From assembly GCF_963921235.1 (NCBI RefSeq), contig NC_086097.1, positions 101,434,001 through 101,498,000 of the forward strand: a stretch of DNA of 64,000 nt. Reading direction: 5' to 3'. This DNA is from Mobula hypostoma (Eukaryota). The notes beneath the pieces are model-generated. The model made no database searches. It saw only the letters and a program-made list of their open reading frames with translations, and was not told the origin of the DNA. Positions 13,718-25,861 of this stretch are shown here, one piece after another. The position numbers and the translations under genes were made by a program. Positions within the stretch are counted from its first letter, which is position 1. Each line of letters starts with the position of its first letter.

Positions 13718-16559
13718 TAGAAACATAGAAAATAGGTGCAGGAGTAGGCCATTCGGCCCTTCAAGCCTGCACCGCCATTTATTATGATCATGGCTGATCA
13801 TCCAACTCAGAACCCCGCCCCAGCCTTCCCTCCATACCCCCTGACCCCTGTAGCCACAAGGGCCATATCCAACTCCCTCTTAAACATAGCCAATGAACTG
13901 GCCTCAACAGTTTGCTGTGGCAGAGAATTCCACAGATTCACCACTCTCTGTGTGAAGAAGTTTTTCCTAATCTCGGTCCTAAAAGGCTTCCCCTCTATCC
14001 TCAAACTGTGACCCCTCGTTCTGGACTTCCCCAACATTGGGAACAATCTTCCTGCATCTAGCCTGTCCAATCCCTTTAGGATCTTGTACGTTTCAATCAG
14101 ATCCCCCCTCAATCTTCTAAATTCCAACGAGTACAAGCCCAGTTCATCCAGTCTTTCTTCATATGAAAGTCCTGCCATCCCAGGAATCAATCTGGTGAAC
14201 CTTCTTTTTACTCCCTCTATGGCAAAGATGTCTTTCCTCAGATTAGGGGACCAAAACTGCACACAATACTCCAGATGTGGTCTCACCAAGGCCTTGTACA
14301 ACTGCAGTAGTACCTCCCTGCTCCTGTACTCGAATCCTCTCACTATAAATGCCAGCATACCATTCGCCTTTTTCACCGCCTGCTGTACCTGCATGCCCAC
14401 TTTCAATGCCTGGTGTATAATGACACCCAGGTCTCGTTGCACCTCCCCTTTTCCTAATCGGCCACCATTCAGATAATAATCTGTTTTCCTATTTTTGCCA
14501 CCAAAGTGGATAACTTCACATTTATCCACATTAAATTGCATCTGCCATGAGTTTGCCCACTCATCCAACCTATCCAAGTCACCCTGCATCCTCTTAGCAT
14601 CCTCCTCACTGCTAACACTGCCGCCCAGCTTCGTGTCATCCGCAAACTTGGAGATGCTGCATTTAATTCCCTCATCCAAGTCATTAATATATATTGTAAA
14701 CAACTGGGGTCCCAGCACTGAGCCTTGCGGTACCCCACTAGTCACTGCCTGCCATTCTGAAAAGGTCCTGTTTATTCCCACTCTTTTTTTCCTGTCTGCC
14801 AACCAATTCTCCACCCACACCAATACCTTACCCCCAATACCGTGTGCTTTAAGTTTGCACACTAATCTCCTGTGTGGGACCTTGTCAAAAGCCTTTTGAA
14901 AATCCAAATATACCACATCCACTGGTTCTCCCCTATCCACTCTACTAGTTACATCCTCAAAAAATTCTATGAGATTCGTCAGACATGATTTTCCTTTCAC
15001 AAATCCATGCTGACTTTGTCCGATCATTTCACCGCTTTCCAAATGTGCTGTTATCACATCCTTGATAACTGACTCCAGCAGTTTCCCCACCACCGACGTT
15101 AGGCTAACCGGTCTATAATTCCCCGGTTTCTCTCTCCCTCCTTTTTTAAAAATTGGGGTTACATTAGCCACCCTCCAATCCTCAGGAACTAGTCCAGAAT
15201 CTAACGAGTTTTGAAAAATTATCACTAATGCATCCACTATTTCTTGGGCTACTTCCTTAAGCACTCTAGGATGCAGACCATCTGGCCCTGGGGATTTATC
15301 TGCCTTCAATCCCTTCAATTTACCTAACACCACTTCCCTACTAACATGTATTTCACTCAGTTCCTCCATCTCACTGGACCCTCTGTCCCTTACTATTTCT
15401 GGAAGATTATTTATGTCCTCCTTAGTGAAGACAGAACCAAAGTAATTATTCAATTGGTCTGCCATGTCCTTGCTCCCCATAATCAATTCACCTGTTTCTG
15501 TCTGCTGGGGACCTACATTTGTCTTTACCAGTCTTTTGCTTTTTACATATCTATAAAAGCTTTTACAGTCCATTTTTATGTTCTCTGCCAGTTTTCTCTC
15601 AATCTTTTTTCCCCTTCCTAATTAAGCCCTTTGTCCTCCTCTGCTGAGCTCTGAATTTCTCCCAGTCCTCAGGTGAGCCACTTTCTCTGGCTAATTTGTA
15701 TGCTTTTTCTTTGGAATTGATACTATCCCTAATTTCTCTTGTCAGCCACGGGTGCACTACCTTCCTTGATTTATTCTTTTACCAAACTGGGATGAACAAT
15801 TGTTGTAGTTCATCCATGCAACCTTTAAATGCTTGCCATTGCATATCCACCGTCAATCCTTTAAGTGTCATTTGCCAGTCTATCTTAGCTAATTCACATC
15901 TCATACCTTCAAAGTTACCCCTCTTTAAGTTCAGAACCTTTGTTTCTGAATTAACTATGTCACTCTCCATATTAATGAAGGATTCCACCATATTATGGTC
16001 ACTCTTACCCAAGGGGCCTCTCACGACAAGATTGCTAATTAACCCTTCCTCATTGCTCAAAACCCAGTCTAGAATAGCCTGCTCTCTAGTTGGTTCCTCA
16101 ACATGTTGGTTCAAAAAACCATCCCGCATACATTCCAAGAAATCCTCTTCCTCAGCACCTTTACCAATTTGGTTCACCCAGTCTACATGTAGATTGAAGT
16201 CACCCATTATAACTGCTGTTCCTTTATTGCACACATTTCTAATTTCCTGTTTAATACCATCTCCGACCTCACTACTACTGTTAGGTGGCCTGTACACAAC
16301 TCCCACCAGCGTCTTCTGCCCCTTGGTGTTACGCAGCTCTACCCATATCGATTCCACATCTTCCTGGCTTATGTCCTTCCTTTCTATTGCGTTAATCTCT
16401 TCTTTAACCAGCAACGCCACGCCACCCCACCTCCCCTTCCTTCATGTCTATCCCTCCTGAATATTGAATATCCCTGAACGTTGAGCTCCCATCCCTGGTC
16501 ACCCTGGAGCCATGTCTCTGTGATCCCAACTATATCATAATCATTAATAACAATCTGCA
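13718..16559 (-). mobile_element. CR1 LINE, 5'-truncated ORF2 (APE endonuclease + RT)
   Basis: ORFs 15779-16420 (EN, GDFN and SDH) and 13807-15573 (RT, YLDFQKAFDKVPH, SGVPQGSVLGP, KFADDTKLGG), plus CR1 3' hairpin and tttctatg tail. Confidence 0.95.
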
Positions 16560-16875
16560 AATAGCAACAGAAAATGAATATTGCGTTTATATCTGATGGT
16601 CTTCTCTACAGGAGGCTTGAGTGCTGGTGCTGGTAATGGAGAGTGCAAATGGGACACATGAATAGGCATTTGTCCATTTGAGGCTGATCAACAAGTTGAA
16701 GGCCAGCAGAGAGGGCGAATAATTGGATAATTGCTTTCGGTAGCAGGACATGAAATATAAAGGCACGACTGCACTATCAGACGTCTTTTCATAACATAGT
16801 ATGTACTCATAGTAAAGGGATGTCAGTTTCTGGCTGGGTCAGCATCCTTCTCAGGCTGAGAGCTGCCTTCAACTA

Positions 16876-17167
16876 CTCCGGCGCTGGAGGTGAGGGTGGG
16901 AGGGAGGGAGCTCCGGCGCTGGAGGTGAGGGTGGGAGGGAGGGAGCTCCGGCGCTGGAGGTGAGGGTGGGAGGGAGGGAGCTCCGGCGCTGGAGGTGAGG
17001 GTGGGAGGGCGGGAGCTCCGGCGCTGGAGGTGAGGGTGGGAGGGAGGGAGCTCCGGCGCTGGAGGTGAGGGTGGGAGGGAGGGAGCTCCGGCGCTGGAGG
17101 TGAGGGTGGGAGGGAGGGAGCTCCGGCGCTGGAGGTGTGGGTGGGAGGGAGGGAGCTCCAGTGCTGG
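16876..17167 (+). repeat. 35-bp G-rich minisatellite, left half (~8 units)
   Basis: Unit ctccggcgctggaggtgagggtgggagggagggag. Confidence 0.95.
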
Positions 17168-18485
17168 TGTCACCATCAGGTGCTGTGAATGGACCCAAAT
17201 GCAAGACACCGACACTGAAGTACATGGAACAGGATTTGACTAGAGTAGGGACGTGACGGGATTCAGGCAAGGAGCAGGGACAAGAACGCAAAGTTGGGCT
17301 CGGGAAAGCGGGACCAGGACTCGGAACCATGGACTAGGAGAGAAGGCTTGGACTCCGAGCCCCAGACTGGACAAGGACCCAGAACCTGGGTCTTGCCTTG
17401 GGCTCAGACCCCGGAAACAGGCAAGGACATGACATGGCTTGAGGCTGGGGTCTTGGGTCTTGGGTCTTGGGCTTGGCTTGGGATCCTTGAGGTTTGGGGT
17501 CTTGGGTCTTGAGCTTGGCTTGGGATCCTCAAGGCTTGGGGTCTTGGAGCTTGGCTTGGGATCCTCGAGGCTTGGGTTCTTGGGGCTCAGAGACAGACTG
17601 GGAACTAAACATCAACATAGAGCCGGGACTTATCCTTCGACAAGCCGGGACTCATCTTTAATATGATACTAACATGAGACAGGACAGAACATAGACAGTG
17701 TCGGGCTTATCCCAAGACAAGCCGGGACTCAACTTCTCCACACCAAGGTGGGACAGGTCCATCTGTTGGGTAACGGCAGGACAGCCAGACTTACCCAACA
17801 GAGGCAAAGGCAAGACAAGATATGTCCCCCCACAGGGCAACAGCAAGACAGCCTGACTTACCCCACAGAGGTGAGGACAGGACAAGACAAGACATGACTC
17901 CCCACAGGGCAACAGCAAAACAGCCTGACGTACCCCACAGAGGTGAGGACAAGACAAGACATGACCCTCCACGGGGCAATGGCCAAACGGCCTGACTTAC
18001 TCCAAGGAGGCAAGGACAAGAAGATACAAATACCAAAGAACAACAGACAGTTCCATCTCTGCTCCAGGGTAGCTCCAAGTCTCAGTTCGGCCAGCAACCT
18101 CAGCTGCAAACAGAAACAGCTGGATCCCTACCTAGCTCAGAGTGGCTGGCAGCCACTCAGCTGGCCCAGGAAACAGCCGAATCCATACCACAAGGACCAC
18201 TCCAATGAGTGGCAACAAGGCTCCATGAGGCAGTGGTCCTCCAACCAGGCCTAGAGATCACAAATGGTTTCACTAGCCTTCCATCAGCAGGTTGCTCCAA
18301 GGAGGACTGACAAGACAAACCAGCAGCCCATACTCAACCCCAAGGCTACTTATATTGCAAGCCCAAAGATGGGAATCAGGTGCCAATGATTAACTCAAAC
18401 AAGGGACAGCTGGAAGACCCGGAGTCCTAAGTCCATGGACCGGACCGCTAACCAGAATGCAGACTTCACGGACCGGACCATGACA
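17168..18485 (-). mobile_element. Gypsy-type solo LTR (1318 bp) inserted in the minisatellite
   Basis: TGTCA...TGACA termini, 5-bp TSD GCTGG (17163-17167 and 18486-18490), internal short tandem repeats, and tgcatttgggtcc near the minus-strand end. Confidence 0.82.
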
Positions 18486-18799
18486 GCTGGCGGTGCGGGT
18501 GTCAGGGAGGGAGATCCAGCACTGGCGGTGCAGGTGTCAGGGAGGGAGCTCCAGTGCTGGAGGTGAGGGTGTCAGGGAGGGAGTTCCAGTGCTGGAGGTG
18601 TGGGTGTTAGGGAGGGAGCTCCAGTGCTGGAGGTGAGGGTGTCAGGGAGGGAGTTCCAGTGCTGGAGGTATGGGTGTTAGGGAGGGAGTTCCAGTGCTGG
18701 AGGTGTGGGTGTTAGGGAGGGAGTTCCAGTGCTGGAGGTGTGGGTGTTAGGGAGGGAGCTCCAGTGCTGGAGGTGAGGGTGTGAGGGAGTGAGCTCCAG
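18486..18799 (+). repeat. 35-bp G-rich minisatellite, right half (~9 units)
   Basis: Unit (c/t)tccagtgctggaggtg(a/t)gggtgt(c/t)agggagggag. Confidence 0.93.
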
Positions 18800-20596
18800 A
18801 AAGTTAACTTAGTGACAGTGAAGGAATAGCAATATTTTTCTAGATTAGGATGTTGTGGGGTTTGGGCGGCAACTTCCAGGTGTTCGAAGTGGCAAGAGTA
18901 CTAAGGAGTTTCGACAGGATGTTGCCTGAGTTGGAACGTTTTGGTTCTGAGGGAGAGACTCAATAGGTTTTCCCTTGATGAGGAGACTGAGGCATTGAAC
19001 ATTTTGGGGGGGTGTAGACAAAGTAGAGAATGAGAAGCCTTCCCCCACAGTAAGGTCAGGGGCAGGAGATCTGTGAGTGTGTGAGAAAATATTTTCACCC
19101 CAAAGCTTATTGAAACTTGGAAACACTGCCTGAGAGGCAAATGGAGATAGACGCCCACATTGAAAAGAAGTATTTTGATGCACATTTGTAATACTGTACC
19201 ATGAAACATAGACATGGGATCGCGACGACCAAGATGGAACTGGTGGGCTGAATGACTATAACACTGTCACTATACCTCCCACCTTGTAAACTCAGTGTGA
19301 ATGGTGTGCAACGACAACCTTTTGTGCACTTCTCACTGAAATGGAAATATGTTAAACACCATGCACTTTTCAAGATTTATTTTCTACAAACTCAAGATTG
19401 AATTTCTAATCTTCATGATCCAGAGGTACCACAATTTCTAATCTTGGTAATTAGTAGCAACTATACTTACAAGTAGTGGAGTAGTAGGGCCTCTTCTTCT
19501 CCCGCCCCCCCCCCCACCCCCCGGTGTTCAGGGCTGATGACAAGGCAGTTGAACAGTTAGGTACTAACATTTACAGATGAGACACAATTTTGAAAGAATC
19601 TTATGCACTGTCAGCAGTTCACATTCAATGCATTGGTAGATGTGGCAGGTTCAATAGATTATGGATATTTCAGAATTTCATTCAGCAAGGTCACCTTGCT
19701 TTAACAGCGAGTGCCTGCTTTTCTGGTAGAGTTATTGATCACGTCTGCATTGGTGTTGGCTGGGTCTGTTAATTCCCCACTGGATACCGTTTTATGAAAA
19801 ACTAGCAGTTTATTAACAATTTCATCTTGTTAATCAACAGAGATATTTGTAATTATACAGTACCCTTCAACAATGAAATTCTTTCAGTAGTTGCAGTGGC
19901 AATGCAGGAAACAGCTGTCAATTTATACAGTAAATCTCCCTGTTAAATATTAAGGGAAAGTAATGGCGAGGACATCAAGATAACACTACACATTTCTTCA
20001 GAATTAAACCTTTTGTAATTTATTTTTTATTGAATTTCATCATCAAACATTTCCACAAGATGTATTTCAGACACTGTACATATATATCATATAATCATAT
20101 TTGTCACAAATCTCCATATAATACTTATCTGAGGTATACACTTATGGAAAGGAGAGGAAAGAAAGAACAATCGAAAGAAAAAAATTATGTACAGAGTAGG
20201 GTGTGATCTTTTTTTTTACAACATGTTCATTGACTTATGAGACTAAAATCAGGCCTATGAGATGTTACGTAGTTAAACCATTTTTTCAGTATGAATAAAA
20301 TTGTTCCAACTTATGATTAACAGATACTGTTATCTTCTCTAGTTTGTAAATGTCCATTGTAATTTCCATCCATACATTTAAAGTTGGGCTCCCTGAGATA
20401 ACCATTTCCTAGTAAGGGTCTTTTTATCAGCCACCAGCAGTACATTCATTAAATATTTATCTCTTTTCAACCATTCTTGAGGTACATACCCAAAATATAT
20501 GGTCTTACTCTCTGAGGGTATTTCACATTTAAAGATGTCTTGCAGGGCATTATGTATCCCACTCCAATAGTCTGCGATAACGGGGCATTCCCAGAA

Positions 20597-23500
20597 TCAT
20601 AGAAAATAGGTGCAGGAGTAGGCCATTCGGCCCTTCGAGCCTGCACCGCCATTCAGTATGATCATGGCTGATCATCCAACTCAGAACCCTGTACCTGCCT
20701 TCTCTCCATACCCCTGATCCCTTTAGCCACAAGGGCCAAATCTAACTCCCTCTTAAATATAGCCAATGAACTGGCCTCAACTGTTTCCTGTGGCAGAGAA
20801 TTCCACAGATTCACCACTCTCTGTGTGAAGAAGTTTTTCCTCATCTCGGTCCTAAAAGGCTTCCCCTTTATCCTTAAACTGTAACCCCTCGTTCTGGACT
20901 TCCCCAACATCGGGAACAATCTTCCTGCATCTAGCCTGTCCAATCCCTTTAGGATTTTATACGTTTCAATAAGATCCCCCCTCAATCTTCTAAATTCCAG
21001 CGAGTATAAGCCTAGTTGATCCAGTCTTTCTTCATACGAAAGTCCTGCCATCCCAGGAATCAATCTGATGAACCTTCTTTGTACTCCCTCTGTGGCAAGA
21101 ATGTCTTTCCTCAGATTAGGGGACCAAAACTGCACACAATACTCCAGGTGTGGTCTCACCAAGGCCTTGTACAACTGCAGTAGTACCTCCCTGCTCCTGT
21201 ACTCGAATCCTCTTGCTATAAATGCCAGCATACCAATCGCCTTTTTCACCGCCTGCTGTACCTGCATGCCCACTTTCAATGACTGGTGTATAATGACACC
21301 CAGGTCTCGTTGCACCTCCCCTTTTCCTAATCGGCCACCATTCAGATAATAATCTGTTTTCCTATTTTTGCCACCAAAGTGGATAACCTCACATTTATCC
21401 ACATTAAATTGCATCTGCCATGAATTTGCCCACTCACCTAACCTATCCAAGTCGCCCTGCATCCTCTTAGCATCCTCCTCACAGCTAACACTGCTGCCTA
21501 GCTTCGTGTCATCCGCAAACTTGGAGATGCTGCATTTAATTCCCTCATCTAAGTCATTAATATATATTGTAAACAACTGGGGTCCCAGCACTGAGCCTTG
21601 CGGTACCCCACTAGTCACTGCCTGCCATTCTGAAAAGGTCCCGTTTATTCCCACTCTTTGCTTCCTGTCTGCCAACCAATTCTCTATCCACATCAATACC
21701 TTACCCCCAATACCGTGTGCTTTAAGTTTGCACACTAATCTCCTGTGTGGGACCTTGTCAAAAGCCTTTTGAAAGTCCAAATATACCACATCCACTGGTT
21801 CTCCCCTATCCACTCTACTAGTTACATCCTCAAAAAATTCTATGAGACTCGTCAGACATGATTTTCCTTTCACAAATCCATGCTGACTTTGTCCGATGAT
21901 TTCACCGCTTTCCAAATGTGTTGTTATCACATCTTTACTGACTCTAGCATTTTCCCCACCATCAATGTTAGGCGAACCGGTCTATAATTCCCCGGTTTCT
22001 CTCTCCCACCTTTTTTAAAAGGCGGGGTTACATTAGCCACCCTCCAATCCTCAGGAAATAGTCCAGAATCTAACGAGTTTTGAAAAATGATCACTAATGC
22101 ATCCACTATTTCTTGGGCTACTTCCTTAAGCACTCTAGGATGCAGACCATCTGGCCCTGGGGATTTATCTGCCTTCAATCCCTTCAATTTACCTAACACC
22201 ACTTCCCTACTAACATGTATTTCCCTCAGTTCCTCCATCTCACTGGACCCTCTGTCCCCTACTATTTCCGGAAGATTATTTATGTCCTCCTTCGTGAAGA
22301 CAGAACCAAAGTAGTTATTCAATTGGTCTGCCATGTCCTTGTTGCCCATGATCAATTCACCTGTTTCTGACTGTAAGGGACCTACATTTGTCTTAACCAA
22401 TCTTTTTCTTTTCACATATCTCTTAAAGCTTTTACAGTCAGTTTTTATGTTCCCTGCCAGTTTTCTCTCATAATCTTTTTTTCCTTTCCTAATTTAGCCC
22501 TTTGTCCTCCTCTGCTGGACTCTGAATTTCTCCCAGTCCTCAGGTGAGCTGCTTTTTCTGGAAAATTTGTATGTTTCTTCTTTGGAATTGATATTATCCC
22601 TAATTTCCCTTGTCAGCCACCGGTGCACAACTTTGCCTGGTTTATTCTTTTGCCAAACTGGGATGAACAATTGTTGTAAGTTCATCCATGCGATCTTTAA
22701 ATGCTTGCCATTGCATATCCACCATCAACCCTTTAAGTATCATTTGCCAGTCTATCTTAGCTAATTCACGTTTCATACCTTCAAAGTTACCCATGTTTCT
22801 GAATTAATTATGTCCCACTTTCCATCTTAATGAAGAATTCCACCATATTATGGTCACTCTTACCCAAGGGGCCTCTCACGACAAGATTGCTAACTAACCC
22901 TTCCTCATTGCTCAATACCGCGTCTAGAATGGTCTGCTCTCTAGTTGGTTCCTCGACATGTTGGTTCAGAAAACCATCCCGCATACATTCCAAGAAATCC
23001 TCTTCCTCAGCACCCTTACCAATTCGGTTCACCCAATCTGTATGTAAATTGAAGTCACCCATTATAACTGCTGTTCCTTTATTGACGCATTTCTAATTTC
23101 CTGTTTAATGCCATCCCCAACCTCACTACTACTGTTAGGTGGCCTGTACACAACTCCCACCAGCGTTTTCTGCCCCTTAGTGTTATGCAGCTCTACCCAT
23201 ATCGATTCCACATCCTCCCGGCTAATGTCCTTCCTTTCTATTGCGTTAATCTCCTCTCCAACCAGCAATGCTACCCCACCTCCTTTTCTTTCATGTCTAT
23301 CCCTTCTGAATATTGAATATCCCTGAATGTTCAGCTCCCATCCTTGATCACCCTGGAGCCATGTCTCCGTGATCCCAACTATATCATATTCATTAATAAC
23401 AATCTGCACTTTCAATTCATCCACCTTGTTACGAATGCTCCTTGCATTGACACACAAAGCCTTCAGGCTTGCTTTTACAACACTCTTGGCCCTTATACAA

Positions 23501-23883
23501 TTATGTTGAAAAGTGGCCCTTTTTGATTTTTGTCCTGGATTTGCCGGCCTGCCACTTTTACTTTTCACCTTACTACTTTTTGCTTCTACCCTCATTTTAC
23601 ACCCCTCTGTCTCTCTGCACTTGTTCCCATCCCCCTGCCACATTAGTTTAAATCCTCCTGAACAACAGTAGCAAACGCTCCCCCTAGGACATTGGTTCCA
23701 GTCCAGCCCAGGTGTAGACCGTCCTGTTTGTACCAGTCCCACTTCCTCCAGAACTGGTTCCAGTGCCCCAGAAATTTGAATCCCTCCCCCTTGCACCATT
23801 TTTCAAGCCACGTATTCATCTGATATATCCTCCTGTTTCTACTCTGACTAGCACGTGGCACTGGTAGTAATCCAGAGATTATT
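20597..23883 (-). mobile_element. CR1 LINE, 5'-truncated (ORF1 esterase end + ORF2), nested in L1-A
   Basis: ORF pieces 23643-23880 (NTWLEKWC, DGLHL), 23062-23799, 21927-22415 and 20662-21930; close to the copy at 13718-16559; interrupts the L1 HIF|WECP motif. Confidence 0.95.
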
Positions 23884-24385
23884 ATTTTTGTAATAAATAT
23901 GATATGATAAATATGAAAATATGATAATGGTTTGCATTCTGATTTCCACAATTTTTCCAGCAATCGGGGGTTATTATCATAATGAGATTTCTGAGAGGGT
24001 GTAATAAAATATCTTATCAAGTTTTTCCACCCGAACTCCTTCCATTTCTGTGAACTGGTACACTTCCATTGATACCTCCATATTATTGTCCAGTCTTCCT
24101 CAGATATTATTATCCCTCCTTCCTTCTCCTATTTTGTTTTAATGTATGAAATCGAATGAGTTTTAAGATTTGACAAACCCTTACACATGCTTGAAATTAT
24201 TCTACTACCATTGTCTGAATTATATGCTTTTCTAAATAGCTCTATCAGACATGTACTTGCCTTGGTTACATTTTAACCATCCTATTAACATACTGTCGCA
24301 TCTGTAAATACCGGTAAAGTCTTGTTTTTCTAATAAGTGTTTCTCTTTCAGCATTTCAAAACTGAAGAGTGTTCCTTCTTTCATT

Positions 24386-24646
24386 AGAAAACATAGAAAA
24401 ACTACAGCACAGAAACAGGCCTTTTGGCCCTTCTTGGCTGTGCCGAACCATTTTCTGCCTAGTCCCACTGACCTGCACACGGACCATATCCCTCCATACA
24501 CCTCCCATCCATGTATCTGTCCAATTTATTCTTAAATGTTAAAAAAGAACCTACATTTACCACCTCATCTGGCAGCTCGTTCCATACTCCCACCATTCTC
24601 TGTGTGAAGAAGCCCCCCCCAAATGTTCCCTTTAAACTTTTCCCCC
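24386..24646 (-). mobile_element. Short CR1 3' fragment nested in L1-A
   Basis: GEKFKGNI...FFTQR-like end and tttctatg tail; L1 ITAIC|IMKEGTLF resumes on both sides. Confidence 0.85.
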
Positions 24647-25861
24647 TTGCAAATAGCTGTTATTCCTTTAGCTGTCCAGTCCTTAAATCTAGCATCCAGT
24701 TTATTCAGCATAAAATCCGAGTCATATGCACACCATTTAAGAATTGCAATGTCTCTCTCTAGTTTATATTCTTTCATAATAGTTTTCCATATTTTAAGAG
24801 TCCATTTCATCCACGGGTTGTCAATATTATTTATGTAACTTTGTAGGTTGTTATCAGCCAAAATTGCCTGTGTGGGGATGGAAAGTATCCTCTCCTCAAT
24901 GTTTTTCCATTGAGCGTCATATGATGGGTTGCACCAGCATATCACGGCTCTCAACTGTGCTGCAAAATAATAATCTCCAAGAGAAAAGGTAGGCACCATC
25001 CCCCATTTTCCTTGGCTAATTGCAAAGTTTTGAGATGAACCCTAGGCCTTTTACCTTGATAGCATCTTGTTCCATTCATTGAATTGATTTTGGTTAATCT
25101 CTATTGGTAGGGTCTGAAAGAGATATAGTAGTCTGGGCAGTATATTCATTTTAATAGATTCAATCCTTGAACTGAGACCAAGAAAAGGAATTAGGTTCCA
25201 TCTTGTTATATCTTCCTTAATTTTCTTATATATAGGCTGATAATTGCATTCTGATAATTTTGCCAAATCTTTTGGCATAATGATGCCCAAATATTTGACA
25301 GACTCTGTTTGCCATGCCCAAGGATATCTACTTTCAATTTCTCTTGGTGGGCTATAGTTATATGAAAGTAGTTGGTTTTTATCTATGTTGATCTTGTATC
25401 CTGATAATTGGCCATATTGTTCAAAGGATTGCATCAATTTTGGTAAAGAGTTTGTTGGTTGCCCTTGATTGATCAAAATTTCATCTGCGTAACAGGCCAA
25501 TTTATATTCTGTCCCTTTAATAGTAATTCCTCTGATATCGTCATTTTGTCTGATGTATTGAGCTAATGGTTCCAGATATAATGTGAAGAGTAGCGGTGAC
25601 CATGCACAACCCTGTCTTGTGCCCCTTTCTAGAGTAAAACTTAGATAAATATCCATTGATTTTAATCCTGGCAGTAGGATTGTCGTATAGTGCCTGTATA
25701 ATTTTAATAATTGTGTCATGTAGACCAAATCTATGTAAAACTGTGTAAAGAAAATTCCAATTAACTGAATCAAATGCCTTTTCAGCATCTACGCTTATCA
25801 CTATTGCTTCAATTTCATTTTTTAATATGATCCATAATGTGAAGTGTCCTTCGTATATTGT

